Below are positions 49,801 through 58,906 of a stretch of DNA of 60,756 bases, piece by piece. The notes under the pieces are model-generated. The model worked only from the letters and a program-made list of their open reading frames with translations. It had not been told where the DNA came from and made no database searches. The translations under genes were made by a program, and so were the position numbers. How positions within the stretch are numbered: position 1 is the stretch's first letter; every line of letters starts with the position of its first letter. Source of the DNA: a virus (lineage: Duplodnaviria > Caudoviricetes); IMG/VR virus record IMGVR_UViG_3300031977_001837, positions 1 through 60,756 of that record; one strand, 5' to 3'.

Positions 49801-51091
49801 GTGGCGGATATGTGCCTCCTAAACGCCAATTCAAAGGAAAACAAACTGCAACTCTGTCAATTAAAGTATCAAGAACTACACAATTTTCTGTTCCATTTGA
49901 AGTCCAAATAGCATCAAGACTCCATCCTTTTGCAGTAGTAAATGTAATTGCGCCATTTATTGCGCCACTATCAAATGCAACTGTGTCGTCATTTGCGTAT
50001 GCTTCCCATGTTAAAGCATCAAAATCAAAATAAACAAATATATCAGCCCACACTAAATTTGCGTCATAATTATTTTCCGTTGCGCCATCCCATTTATCTA
50101 ATACACCTACTAAACCTAAATTAGCAAGTGTTATATCAATAGAAGCAAGAACTCCTGTTGAACTAAAATCATCTGCTGTTGTGTCATATACCGCAGAAGT
50201 GTCATAGCCAATTTTTAATACATATTTATCTAATTGCCAGTCTCCAATTTGATGCGCAGAAATGCGCAAATGAAACATTTCTCCTATGCCTCTAAATCTT
50301 AAATTACCATCATATGTTAGTAATCTTGTTGTTCCGGTTGAGTTAGCATCATTGTATAAACTGTTAACCATAAAGTTTGTTCCCGAAGGTGATTTAACTT
50401 CAAATAAATATTTTTCCGGTCTTGTTAATGTTTTATCATAAGAACTTTGAGGTCTTTCACCAGTATAAACTCCTGTAAAAAAATTATGTTTAATTTCTGT
50501 TTCAAGATTTTCTGTAATCATTCTGCCGTAACTTCCTAAGTATAGGTTTTGTGTGCCTAAATCTGTTTGTGAAGACAATATTCTATCTCCGCCTAAAGTT
50601 GGGTCTATGTCTCCTGTTGGCGCATAATAATTTCCAAATGAATCAAAACTATTTGTAAATCTTAAATATCCTTCTGTTCCACTTCCACCCCATTTGTGTC
50701 TGTTTGCGCAAAAACTTGTTGGTATAGATAAAAATGATTGGTATTCGGGATATGAACCATCAGTATTTCCAATATCAACAGTTATCCATTCGTGAATACC
50801 ACGATTCACTGTAAGTTTATTATTATCTGTTGTAAAATAATCGTGATTTTCAGCAGTAATTAAAGGGTCTGTTGAAGCATGACTAAGTGAGCGCACCCTA
50901 TCAATGTATGAATAATAAAATTTTGGATTGAGATGATTGTAACCACCTAAAACGCTACCAAAATGTGTAATTGTATGGTCTGATGTTCTTGCGCTACCAC
51001 TATTTTTATCATCTGCTACCGCAATAGGCATATGAAAATCATCATAGTAACCTGTTAGCCAATATGTCTGTTCTAAATTAATTGATTTCAT
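43811..51091 (-). CDS. Large tail tip/baseplate protein (2426 aa)
   Basis: Directly follows the tape measure gene; beta-rich with tail-hub-like segments (ITNVRVYY, ALALAKQEY) and a Pro/Gly linker. Confidence 0.7.
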   Translation of the reverse strand: MKSINLEQTYWLTGYYDDFHMPIAVADDKNSGSARTSDHTITHFGSVLGGYNHLNPKFYYSYIDRVRSLSHASTDPLITAENHDYFTTDNNKLTVNRGIHEWITVDIGNTDGSYPEYQSFLSIPTSFCANRHKWGGSGTEGYLRFTNSFDSFGNYYAPTGDIDPTLGGDRILSSQTDLGTQNLYLGSYGRMITENLETEIKHNFFTGVYTGERPQSSYDKTLTRPEKYLFEVKSPSGTNFMVNSLYNDANSTGTTRLLTYDGNLRFRGIGEMFHLRISAHQIGDWQLDKYVLKIGYDTSAVYDTTADDFSSTGVLASIDITLANLGLVGVLDKWDGATENNYDANLVWADIFVYFDFDALTWEAYANDDTVAFDSGAINGAITFTTAKGWSLDAIWTSNGTENCVVLDTLIDRVAVCFPLNWRLGGTYPPPVKSMTYSSGADKTSSMAVEILDDLNEYSLSALTTGSSASEWRLISFIGNYEERPIWYGFLESIQHNQDSKNLTLSTRITAQDSSFILDRVLPIWETGQNAHFSLNQHISMDSTNSKRQYDTNELLNTMLFGAHYLTIGNNSLGFNYWNEDESGNLHTKDNDARTHLYNGQTIQMYVNEDEYGPSNVEKFWEGMNNTSWGLHEVYAIGKEQSTGNFTIFLKFDKDKYTEPTWASASDNTVTISSYNGLSASDTITLEGSQGYDTTYTIDSIVVQRRMSRPNGSATTDYINVNEEDYTVKIITTTTWSAVAGDELFRIDTLYRGYTQPETPYATQLTDDGSFSPAWNSAGENPMSMKIELASSDTHSLEVGDWIIMPDGFYDTTDNRTYYASVPLQVISAINNTEFQVLAPYDILGASETQKSASTLADSTYITKTSIFNANPNATEMRIPKSKPIIYETHPTTNAVMERVKHRTIHARWMRDLVQSPFFRAQFGIIEAIPYWRAGQGSALNHIISPNMATAHPSSLTGYNSDGTCIGWEGLDTSYHALAGSNQIDSTQTTLRFDECGLWYYIKKYNMEDTGIVLELLDTETNDCQYVIANGVTDPSVSDTVDYDKTTELFTITGSATVRNGDIVIHEGFKESDLNGVFQVVSNNPSTAHNVYSAQKIFYEPMIDEFAYVKNQYQGNSQWTLGSAHYFNDPDAIKVNRVDVDFTNSSSAFKPLSQTGATFRKGSIDITGVKGIKKTFDPSKTIYTLRKINESNGYKHCYVLWADMRNDGTANADGGERVSDFGIILPTSKNYKVNVSIADQFDQNGNPDIFTELKIGEDVDLWQFDANTEPFTGSAWSSLDGCSNYEQLDDRYHNWENKGGSFLVVDASRFYNLNTMATGGRSGYSSGGLVDFGDYVLAIQGFPYLTDAYYKASISSYKNIDTFAGIDNHPNALYMLNDKTILTQDVSLLDTTIYVDDNSLFDTSGTGAIICQTGEGRSQEDLIYYYSWTGKGTDATLGDKLTGVYITSFDPESIVDINTINTLLTAERSNITGNGQTPSSRANIVRKTETNPDGVFQTVLVYNTPSAIFPLRLSVNIEGLVKSKNIGTYYSHDKMRSMFSLAFGDTWATNTNMPCSFYMPKTRHMLKEVNDSNEDDFGSMFDGRNMSMMNIAKNITEKDGSGGTHQTTFSWLMDRDNIFTIRQRIPSGLSFDRTNLLQSNMTTKLGSQITNVRVYYNGNSNFADFPEPTENAITRWRTLQYPNIFNRDEALALAKQEYLREKDSNVAISAEVLLGANEQSKMLTGGRYGYVQDSVVRLYDYNRKTNASWSSIWGGFANKGIEDYRDSNNTRFRHASATDADFTIQSTNGSTTGAGLYAIPQDDTLANNGILVKRADGVAQSAVGVIDLLSGTGTARYDSTGNGVYGAVTTLTTGWQTLTDVTDGGSISIFCETGFSVPTATVDIHYAYGLPRYRGHPQYATRSLTSALKVMYVDKNTPKLSEGTNQEIRLCITIEGSASTGQATSPVDDTATFRLHLFDIPFDEVEDTINNLPPEYDAGSYSASNYNSIVVDGNGLYRVKTPDTYSSTDKYITFSVDYDYLLGLLRRMDEELESGTAHDTLSNSVSVFGHSFSTTNEYSAFPLGYCLDGFSGAKAHNTRGLYYAPRLCIVDDLVYQPATTISFTDTHIDLTSETLTINGINWNKNSRDVDTVQLDLQRTDKHFGYGLASMFKTIADGGSPNSPPRPQSPVPPLPPSFPRPPVGGGGGVSAQPFLPSTGITGGGDASSFFAGLSNNMLSVGAFRGLKGKADFKADVGLATGDFGIIGQNRPATALSADRDIDGIESSIMSSEGASILTNDGFALAGITDPEAGAQGESHSNSVNVRVPNDVSAGSFVSVIAQVSFGESSSDICEITTTVSCSETGDSKSETVLINGSSSRQQVTIFSPNTINGANVSGNTLKVNIERKPAQGNDNSGYDSITFHSLSVKMRRYSNAGNAQSLSMRPY

Positions 51092-54000
51092 GCTATCGGA
51101 ACTCCACGACTCTTCAACTCACTTACTACTCCATCTGATACTTTACTAACCATTTCTGGTAAAGTCATGCCGTTAAATACATTTGTTTGAATTATTTCTG
51201 TTTTATGCAACAAGTTTTCTATGCCACCTTGAGATACTTGTTTGTAAAGTGCGCCGGTAAAGTTTTGACGCTGACCGAAAAATAATTCTTCTCTTGCATT
51301 AGCAAAATTAAACATTTCTCCCATTGCTTGCTCGTTGCTTTCTGTAAGTAAATTAATAGATTGTTCTTGCGCTTCTTTTTCATTGTTAAGTAATGCGCTA
51401 AGATAGTCTTGTTGCGCATTTAATCCTTGTTCATTATATCTTTGGATTAACTCAGCCCTTCTATTTTCAGCATCATTATAAGTATCATAACTTTCTTCTA
51501 TAAATTCACCTTGTAAATTTGTATATTCAACAAAAAACTTTTCTCCTGTTTTTAGAGCGTTAAATCCTTCTCCTACTATTTCATAGCCAAGTGACCCTCT
51601 TTTTTGTTTCTTAAAAAAATACTCTTCTTCGCTTGTCATTTTAACGCCTGCGTCAAATCCTTTGCCTGCTAAAGCCTCATCAATTTTAGATAAGTTTAAT
51701 CTTGCATCTCTTAAACCTTCAAGATTATGTTGCGCCTTTTCCGCAGCCTCTATATCAGAAGTTAATTGATTGTAAAGTGCGCTATCTTTTGTTGTGCCAC
51801 TTCTCATTGCTGTTAACTCATCAATATGTTGTGATATTGCGGTTATGCCATTATCCATTTCACTTACAGAATTACTAATTTCTCCAAAGGATTTGTCAAC
51901 TACACCAGAAAGAATTGCGTCAGTATCGCTCATTATTCCGGCAAGATTGGATTCAGCAGTAACAAGACCGTCATTAAAGTCATTTAGATTATCAAGTGGT
52001 GATGATAAAAACTTGTCACCAATAAATGCGTCAACTAATAGTGTTGCTGCGAGCATTGCTGCGCCTGCTGCGACTAAAGACATACCCCCACTTACCGCAG
52101 CCTGCAAAACTACTGTTTTTGTCATTGCTATATTTTTTGCTTGAAATGCCATAACTGCTCTCATAACACCCATAGCAAGCATTCCGCCCATCATAACAGC
52201 CATTTGTTTTTCAGAATCAACAAGGAAAGGAACAATCATCATTAAAGGCATCATAGAACTTTGTAATCTTTGCATACTTAATCCTGCTTTCAAAGATGCG
52301 CCAGTAGTTTGCATTAGCGCAACTGTTTGTTGTCTAAAACTTAACGATGATTTTTGCGCAGAAACGGCTGATGCTTCATTTGCAGCCCTTTGTTGTCTGG
52401 AAGCAACAAGACCTTGTTCTAAAGTATTATTTTTTTGCTGTAATGCTTGTATTTCTTGGTCTAAAACTGCAATTTGTTCTTCCATTTCAAGTGTATTAAC
52501 GCCTGCAATTTGCGCTCTTAACATATCACTTCTGAGTAAGCCTTGCTTTATTCTTAGACTGTGCATTTCTGCATTATTAAGTTGAACGGTTTTTTGTAAC
52601 TCTTCTTCTTCTGCAACTGTTAAAGGTTGTAAAATAGCAATATGACTATTTAGTATAGCATGTTCTTGTTGTCTTGTAGTTAAAATTTCTCTTTGTGCTT
52701 GAACATGTTTCATTAAAGTTGGTAGTCCACCCGCCATTAAGTTGTTATAATTTGAAATAAGAACTGGCATTTTTGCTATTCTATTTGAATACAAATCAAT
52801 TGCCATCGAAGCCCTATTTTGTAACTGTTGAAACTTATTTAGTTCTATGTTGGCAAATGCGTGCGCATAAACTGCATCGGTTAAAGCAGCAGTGCTATAT
52901 CTTATTTTTTCACCAGTAATAGAGTGTGTTCTTGCGTTAAACTTACCTCTTTCAGAAAGAATTTCCTGTTGTCGAGTCATTATTTTTATAGTTTCACTAT
53001 GTATGCGCATTTCTTGGTCTAATTGTTTTACTGCGCCAGTAGTCATATTGTATGCGCTTAACGAAGTTTTTAGTTCGTTTGCATAAAAACTTTGATATTT
53101 CATGTTAGAAACAAGATAGTTATTACTTACGCTTAATTCTCCGGCTGCTGCGGCTTGAAGTTTTAATTGCGCAGTTAATTCAATATAACGATTTCTTGTA
53201 TTTACTGCATCTGCGCTCATTGCTCTTTGGACTGCGCCTAAAGTTTTGAATCCAATAATCATATTAAATACTTGAAAACCAACATTAGCAAATGGCGCAA
53301 TAAAGTTTTGATATAATCCTGCAAGATTAATTATATTTGTCATTGCGTTTAGACCAAAATCTGTTTCTGTAAAAGACTTAATAACATTCAAAAAGTTGTA
53401 AGCATGAATATTAGCATCTATGTATGCTTGAGCAAGATTTTCACCAATTTCCACACGAACATTTTCAGTAATAGCCTGCAACTGTTGCATTTGGAAAACA
53501 TTGCTTTCTGCTCTTTTTGTATATTCACCAATAGCATCATATGCACCGGCGTGGGCAGCACTTTGTAACTCAACAAGCCTTTCTTGATTTTCCATTATTT
53601 TAAGGAACTTTACATAGTGGCGGGAACCGGCAATTGCTACTGCAAGATTACGCTTTTGTTCAGCAGTCATTGTTGCATAAGCAGGCGCAATTTCTCTAAT
53701 AATATCAGAAAGTTTCATTTGTGTAACAACAGAGGCTTCAACACCACCCATCAATTCTTGTAAAACTTTAACGGCATCTGTATTAGCATTACCGATGCGC
53801 TGATAAATCATACGCAAACCTGTTCCGGCTCTGCTTACTTCTTCACCAGTTTCAAGTAGTAAAGCAGACATTGCGGCCATTTCACCAATACTTTCACCTG
53901 CAATATTTGCTTGTGAAGAAAACTGGTTAAGAACAAAAGTAATATCTTCCATTGTAGCAACAGAAGAGTTTTCAACAGTGTTTAATTGGTCTAATACACG

Positions 54001-54576
54001 AATTGTATTACCACGAACAACATTTGCTTGTTGTTCTGCGCTAAGAGCATCATATTGCGCTTTAGTTAAATTACCCATCATAAAGCCAGTCTGTTGCGCT
54101 AACTGAATAAGACGGTTCATACCCATTTCAGTTTCCATTTCACCAACGGCAGCCATTAATAGACCGCCTCTTGTGGCTTCAATAATTGCTTCTTGCGATT
54201 CAAGAACTTGTTTTAACTGCGCAGTTTTTGCGCTTGCCTTTAATGCTTCTGCACCACTAAATGCAAACCCTTCACCCAGAGCAATAGAAGATTGCGCAAA
54301 TCTTTCTGCTTCTCCCGCCATTCCACCGTAAAACTTACGGACACGAATCATTTGCGATTCAAACTCAAAAAATGATTCTGTAATTTCTCCTACGGAATCA
54401 AGAATCTGACTTGCCATATCATCAAAGTTTTCCGCTATGCTGTTTGCAGCATCAGCCATAATTGCCTGCTGCGCAGTTGCAGCCGACTGTGTATCTGAAA
54501 TTAGTCTATTGGCTTGAAAAGTTCCAACAATGTCGAAAAAGACTCTTGCTGCACCTGCCCTTGCCACACTACTCAC
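51088..54576 (-). CDS. Tail tape measure protein
   Basis: 1162 aa, Ala/Gln-rich and helical; TP901-like core (FESQMIRVRK, AGTGLRMI) and a hydrophobic segment. Confidence 0.9.
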   Translation of the reverse strand: MSSVARAGAARVFFDIVGTFQANRLISDTQSAATAQQAIMADAANSIAENFDDMASQILDSVGEITESFFEFESQMIRVRKFYGGMAGEAERFAQSSIALGEGFAFSGAEALKASAKTAQLKQVLESQEAIIEATRGGLLMAAVGEMETEMGMNRLIQLAQQTGFMMGNLTKAQYDALSAEQQANVVRGNTIRVLDQLNTVENSSVATMEDITFVLNQFSSQANIAGESIGEMAAMSALLLETGEEVSRAGTGLRMIYQRIGNANTDAVKVLQELMGGVEASVVTQMKLSDIIREIAPAYATMTAEQKRNLAVAIAGSRHYVKFLKIMENQERLVELQSAAHAGAYDAIGEYTKRAESNVFQMQQLQAITENVRVEIGENLAQAYIDANIHAYNFLNVIKSFTETDFGLNAMTNIINLAGLYQNFIAPFANVGFQVFNMIIGFKTLGAVQRAMSADAVNTRNRYIELTAQLKLQAAAAGELSVSNNYLVSNMKYQSFYANELKTSLSAYNMTTGAVKQLDQEMRIHSETIKIMTRQQEILSERGKFNARTHSITGEKIRYSTAALTDAVYAHAFANIELNKFQQLQNRASMAIDLYSNRIAKMPVLISNYNNLMAGGLPTLMKHVQAQREILTTRQQEHAILNSHIAILQPLTVAEEEELQKTVQLNNAEMHSLRIKQGLLRSDMLRAQIAGVNTLEMEEQIAVLDQEIQALQQKNNTLEQGLVASRQQRAANEASAVSAQKSSLSFRQQTVALMQTTGASLKAGLSMQRLQSSMMPLMMIVPFLVDSEKQMAVMMGGMLAMGVMRAVMAFQAKNIAMTKTVVLQAAVSGGMSLVAAGAAMLAATLLVDAFIGDKFLSSPLDNLNDFNDGLVTAESNLAGIMSDTDAILSGVVDKSFGEISNSVSEMDNGITAISQHIDELTAMRSGTTKDSALYNQLTSDIEAAEKAQHNLEGLRDARLNLSKIDEALAGKGFDAGVKMTSEEEYFFKKQKRGSLGYEIVGEGFNALKTGEKFFVEYTNLQGEFIEESYDTYNDAENRRAELIQRYNEQGLNAQQDYLSALLNNEKEAQEQSINLLTESNEQAMGEMFNFANAREELFFGQRQNFTGALYKQVSQGGIENLLHKTEIIQTNVFNGMTLPEMVSKVSDGVVSELKSRGVPIA

Positions 54577-54859
54577 CTAACCAATTACTTATTTGTGTTG
54601 ATACCTCTTTGCCGGAAACAGTTTCTCTTTGCGCTCTCCTTTGATTTCTTCTTGCTACCGCAGACTTGGCATCAGCCTTGCCTTTGGATTCATTCATCTG
54701 TTCTTTTATTCTTTCGCTGATTTCCCTTGCTATTTCCATATCGAATTGCATCTTTTCGTAGCCATTATCTTCATTATATTTCATGTATAATTCGTGTGGT
54801 AATTGTCCCTTAAATGTGCTACATAGTGATGGCAAAACTTTATGGATTAGCCCAAAGGG
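54569..54859 (-). CDS. Tail assembly chaperone C-terminal extension (gpT-like), probably reached by -1 frameshift
   Basis: Frame is open from the slippery site; the TTG at 54835 has no RBS. Confidence 0.65.
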   Translation of the reverse strand, partial: PFGLIHKVLPSLCSTFKGQLPHELYMKYNEDNGYEKMQFDMEIAREISERIKEQMNESKGKADAKSAVARRNQRRAQRETVSGKEVSTQISNWLGE

Positions 54860-55197
54860 ACTGCGCCCTCTAAGGTATCTCCACGAACAAATTGAAGAAT
54901 ATTTCTAATTTCTTCAGATGTTAATTGATTTATGTCAAAATCAGCAGGTTCAATAACGCAATTAGGAATCCATGCGTTAATTTGGTCTATCATTCCTCCG
55001 CCTGCTTCATCAAGCATATTAGCAAACTCTTCATTTTGCTCGGCAGTCCACTCGGCGGGATTGTCACCAAAATGTCTTGTTTGTCTAAATACTTTGGCTT
55101 GTATATTTTCTATTGGTAGTTTTTCCATACCGGATGCTTGTCGAACCCAAATTTTACTACCGTCATTCAATTCTATTTCTTTTTTCAATACTGGCAT
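54847..55197 (-). CDS. Tail assembly chaperone (gpG-like)
   Basis: Between tail tube and tape measure genes; ends in the slippery site. Confidence 0.75.
   Translation of the reverse strand: MPVLKKEIELNDGSKIWVRQASGMEKLPIENIQAKVFRQTRHFGDNPAEWTAEQNEEFANMLDEAGGGMIDQINAWIPNCVIEPADFDINQLTSEEIRNILQFVRGDTLEGAVPLG
54853..54859 (-). other. Programmed -1 ribosomal frameshift slippery site C CCT TTG
   Basis: X XXY YYZ heptamer just before the chaperone stop codon; the -1 frame continues into the downstream ORF. Confidence 0.7.
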
Positions 55198-55246
55198 ATT
55201 TTTTCACTTCTCTTTACTTTACTTTACTTTTTACTATACTAAACTA

Positions 55247-55444
55247 TCAAGGCGGGGACGGAGGGGCTTCATAAGTTATAACTGCTAAAAAGTTATTACC
55301 TACGCTTTTTCTAACAATGCTAATATCAAATATTTCTGTGTCTGCATCTAATGCTTGCAGAGCAGTTTCTATTTGGCTATGAATAGTTAATTGTGTTCCA
55401 TAAACAACAGTTGTCGCTACACTTGTTGGGTCTGTTATTGGCAT
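55247..55444 (-). CDS. Hypothetical tail-region protein
   Basis: 65 aa ORF with a GGTG RBS-like sequence. Confidence 0.55.
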   Translation of the reverse strand: MPITDPTSVATTVVYGTQLTIHSQIETALQALDADTEIFDISIVRKSVGNNFLAVITYEAPPSPP

Positions 55445-55461
55445 TTAAACACCACCCAACC

Positions 55462-56499
55462 TCACGCATCATAATCTGCTTGTCCGTCTGATGATTTACA
55501 CACTATTTGAACCATAGCGTTAGCGTCGCCTAAATCATAAAGACCATGAAAGTTAACAGTCATTGTTTGTGAATCACGACCACTAACTGATGTTTCCGGC
55601 ATTTCAAAGTGTATTTTGAAAAAGTCAAATCTAATGTAATGATTTGCGTCAACATAAAATAATGCTGATAAAGCAGGTGTTCCCGAAGCAGGATTAGAAA
55701 GAGCCTGTCCGTTAGTTGAAGTAGCACCCATTAATTCTTCAAAGTAAGGTTCTGCTGACGCTACATCACCAGCAAGAAGTGATTTGTGAAATGTAAGAGA
55801 GCCACTAACTTCTCTTAGTGTGACTGGTGGGACTCTTATACAAGTTTCACTTGACAAACTGTATGAGTTATCTATATCTCTATTTGTTTTAATTTCAAAG
55901 TCAATACTTTGAACAAGAGAAGAATAAGCAGAAGTTGTAGCAGTATCTTCAAACTCAACATAAGTTTTTGCGAAATGCGCAGCATCTCCTGTATAACTTG
56001 GCACAGCAGTAGCAAGAGTTTCTGTTGATGTATTTTGCGCAGCACCAGTAGTATTTACTGTTAGCATTGCATATTCTCCAATACTTGCAGAAACGCTAAT
56101 ACTTTCAATAACTTGACCTGCAAACACATGCTCTTTGTCATCACGACCAATTCTAAAAGTATAAGATGGTAATTGTGTTGCTACTCCAACACCTAATTCG
56201 CTAAATGTTCTTTCATCTGTTGCAGGGGTTGCGCCGGGGGTATCGCTACCCATAATACCGTGAAGCATCATAAAGGTAAAGTCATCGGGCTGTAAAGCCA
56301 TGCTAATAGAGCCTTCGGAAACCTTTTTGCTTACAATTGCTTTTGCAGCACCGTAGTAATTCATGTCGCTTCTTTTCATTACATCATAAGACTGTTGAAA
56401 GGTTTCTGATTCAACTTCACCAACTGCTTCTTCGGTAACAGCAGAATTATAAGTTGTTTCTTTTCCGGCAGCCACATATCGAGTATGGTGTGTTGGCAT
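55462..56499 (-). CDS. Major tail tube protein
   Basis: AAGKETTYN N-terminus, EGSISMALQP, LPSYTFRIG and REVSGSLTF patterns; position in the tail module. Confidence 0.8.
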   Translation of the reverse strand: MPTHHTRYVAAGKETTYNSAVTEEAVGEVESETFQQSYDVMKRSDMNYYGAAKAIVSKKVSEGSISMALQPDDFTFMMLHGIMGSDTPGATPATDERTFSELGVGVATQLPSYTFRIGRDDKEHVFAGQVIESISVSASIGEYAMLTVNTTGAAQNTSTETLATAVPSYTGDAAHFAKTYVEFEDTATTSAYSSLVQSIDFEIKTNRDIDNSYSLSSETCIRVPPVTLREVSGSLTFHKSLLAGDVASAEPYFEELMGATSTNGQALSNPASGTPALSALFYVDANHYIRFDFFKIHFEMPETSVSGRDSQTMTVNFHGLYDLGDANAMVQIVCKSSDGQADYDA

Positions 56500-56553
56500 G
56501 AATAATACGAAGCAATATATGCTTTATGAAGGTTGTGCTACAAAAGTTTATAA

Positions 56554-57651
56554 CTATGCTTCTCTTAAAAACATTCTAATCTTTTTCATGTATGTTAAGT
56601 TTAATGTATGTAGGCAAACATGCTCATCTTCATCAACCTTACTATCAAATCTTGCGTTATAAGCAATAATGCTATCAACACCATGTTCTAAACCAGTTTT
56701 TGTATATAGTTCATCAAATACTTCTCCGAGAATACTTGCACCTAATCTATACGCATTTTCATAATTTGTTCCTTTTGTAGTAACAAATATTAAAACTTCA
56801 TATCTTTGGTCGGTTCTTGTGCCTGCTAATGTTAGAAATTCTGGTGAATCTGCTTTTTGAATCATTACATGAACGCATGGAGTTGGAAATCTATTTATCA
56901 TACTTTCACTTGATAAATCATAAGCGTAAATTACACCACTTGGTTTTACATGAGTTTTAAGTAAAAGTCTATTGCTGTTTTGTAATATTTCAACAACCTT
57001 CATTCCTGTGCGCAAAAGACTTTGTGAAATAAAATCTGACATATCCATTTCATCGGGAGAATATGCGCCATGTGGTGTAAAATAAACACTGTAAAAATCT
57101 ATTGTGCCAGTTGTTGTTCCAAAAAATGCGCCTTGCGCAGAAGATGCTTGCGCAGAAACTTCAAGATAATGTTGTGTAGCATCATCATCTTCTATTATTT
57201 CACGAATGTATAATTTTGCATTTCCGCTACTATCAAGAGTTAATCTAAGAATACAAGGAACAGCATCTTCTTCACCCATACCTAAATCAAGACCACTTTT
57301 AGTTGCTGTTGTGGCCCCAACTAATTTTAATTTATTTAGACTACCATCACTTTGCACTTCAATTCTATGTGTGCCATTATCAAGTGCCATCAAAACTTCT
57401 CCATTGTCGGGAGTTGATTCCATGTGAATTGCGCACATTAAAGTTAATTCATTATCATCATTTGCGACTGTTTGTTTCCAAAATTGACCTCCGCTACTTG
57501 ATGATATTCGCCAGTAACCACTTTGAGAAACGCCATCACCTGCGTTGCCACTATCTAAAACCCACGCAGTATTATTATCTCCAACGGGACTTGTAGGGTC
57601 ATGCCCATTTAATCTTGAAGTCCAATAATCTGTTTGTTTTGATACTGTCAT
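56554..57651 (-). CDS. Tail terminator-like protein with N-terminal beta-sandwich (lectin-like) domain
   Basis: C-terminal FPTPCVHV...YEVLIFV...LNLTY pattern; upstream of the tube gene. Confidence 0.5.
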   Translation of the reverse strand: MTVSKQTDYWTSRLNGHDPTSPVGDNNTAWVLDSGNAGDGVSQSGYWRISSSSGGQFWKQTVANDDNELTLMCAIHMESTPDNGEVLMALDNGTHRIEVQSDGSLNKLKLVGATTATKSGLDLGMGEEDAVPCILRLTLDSSGNAKLYIREIIEDDDATQHYLEVSAQASSAQGAFFGTTTGTIDFYSVYFTPHGAYSPDEMDMSDFISQSLLRTGMKVVEILQNSNRLLLKTHVKPSGVIYAYDLSSESMINRFPTPCVHVMIQKADSPEFLTLAGTRTDQRYEVLIFVTTKGTNYENAYRLGASILGEVFDELYTKTGLEHGVDSIIAYNARFDSKVDEDEHVCLHTLNLTYMKKIRMFLREA

Positions 57652-57655
57652 AATA

Positions 57656-58375
57656 CTAACCTCTTGCTGATTTTATTCCTGTTCCACCAACTTTAGTTTT
57701 TGGTAACGAACCTTTACCTGCTGATTGCGCAATATCTTGTATAAAGAAACCTGCTTGTAATGCTGCGGGATATATTACATTTGATGGTGTATTATCTAAC
57801 ATACTTTTAATTCCTTTACTTTGTATTAATCCTATAAAATCAATTGTATCATGAAAACCCGGATGGTATCTTCTCATCATCATACCTGTTGAAATCCAAC
57901 TTCTTGCGCCAGTGTCCTTATACCATCGAGTGCTTGACATAACAAGAGCAGGTAATTTGCTTGCATATCTGAAAGGATTCATACCTTTTGAAATAATATG
58001 TGCTATTCGACCACCTCTTTGTCCTAATACTCCTATTTCTGCATCAGCAATTGTTTCTCCTGTATGAACAGCATACTCTAATTTTTTATACTTATGTATT
58101 TTCAAAGCATCAGCAACTTTTACATAAATATTTTTTGATGCGCCATATTTACCCCATGCAGGCGTTCTAACAGAAGCAAGATTACCTGCTTTTGATTTTA
58201 ATAATTCTTTAACTTTTTCTGTTTCTTCTATTAAGACTTGATTCATAAATCCATCCATTCTTGATTCGCCTTTATCTTGTAAAAACTGTATTGCTTTTTT
58301 TAGGTTTTTATCATCTTTTGTAATTTCAAAAGACGCATATGTTCCTCTTGCAGTTTTTACAGACATTTTATTCAC
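57656..58375 (-). CDS. Putative tail completion/neck protein
   Basis: Basic protein in neck position with a YHPG motif. Confidence 0.45.
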   Translation of the reverse strand: MNKMSVKTARGTYASFEITKDDKNLKKAIQFLQDKGESRMDGFMNQVLIEETEKVKELLKSKAGNLASVRTPAWGKYGASKNIYVKVADALKIHKYKKLEYAVHTGETIADAEIGVLGQRGGRIAHIISKGMNPFRYASKLPALVMSSTRWYKDTGARSWISTGMMMRRYHPGFHDTIDFIGLIQSKGIKSMLDNTPSNVIYPAALQAGFFIQDIAQSAGKGSLPKTKVGGTGIKSARG

Positions 58376-58905
58376 GCTTTACCAGAATGCGCAAGACGAC
58401 GCAAACAGTGTTCGCCTCTCATGCGTAAAGATTTTCCACGCAAACCACCATCTGCGCCAGTTTGATGTGTTCCTTCATCTTCAAGATATTGTGCTGCTGC
58501 CAAATCTGCGCAAACTTCTCTAAGAATATGCGCAAACTCACCTTCATAAACGGGACTTGCGTCATGGTGCGCAAATGAAATACCTGTGCATCCTGTTAAA
58601 TCATTACTTGATTTACCAGTCCAACTAAATGAATCTCCGTCAATACTACCAGAGCCACTTGTTGAAAAACTTGAAGCATCATTAAGTGTAATTGTTGTTG
58701 CATTTGCGCTTATTGCACCATCTAAACTATTGCTTGCTATATCTTCGGTTGGTTCATCACGACCATATTCTGAAAATGTTTGGTCTATGTAAATTGCAGC
58801 CTGTCTAATATGTCTTTCAATCCGAGATTCTGCTCTGGTTCTTTGCGCAGAATCAAGACCAATACGGGAACCAACATCAGCCACACTGCAATACATATCT
58901 GCCAT
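58372..58905 (-). CDS. Head-tail adaptor (Mu gp36-like) with inserted beta domain
   Basis: YCSVADV...IRQAAIYID...LREVCADLAA; insert LDGAISANATTITLNDASSF. Confidence 0.55.
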   Translation of the reverse strand: MADMYCSVADVGSRIGLDSAQRTRAESRIERHIRQAAIYIDQTFSEYGRDEPTEDIASNSLDGAISANATTITLNDASSFSTSGSGSIDGDSFSWTGKSSNDLTGCTGISFAHHDASPVYEGEFAHILREVCADLAAAQYLEDEGTHQTGADGGLRGKSLRMRGEHCLRRLAHSGKA

Positions 58906-58906
58906 T

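Noticed and set aside
55211-55236. (TTTAC)n microrepeat upstream of the tail chaperone
   Set aside because: Only about four short units in an AT-rich spacer; no evidence of function.
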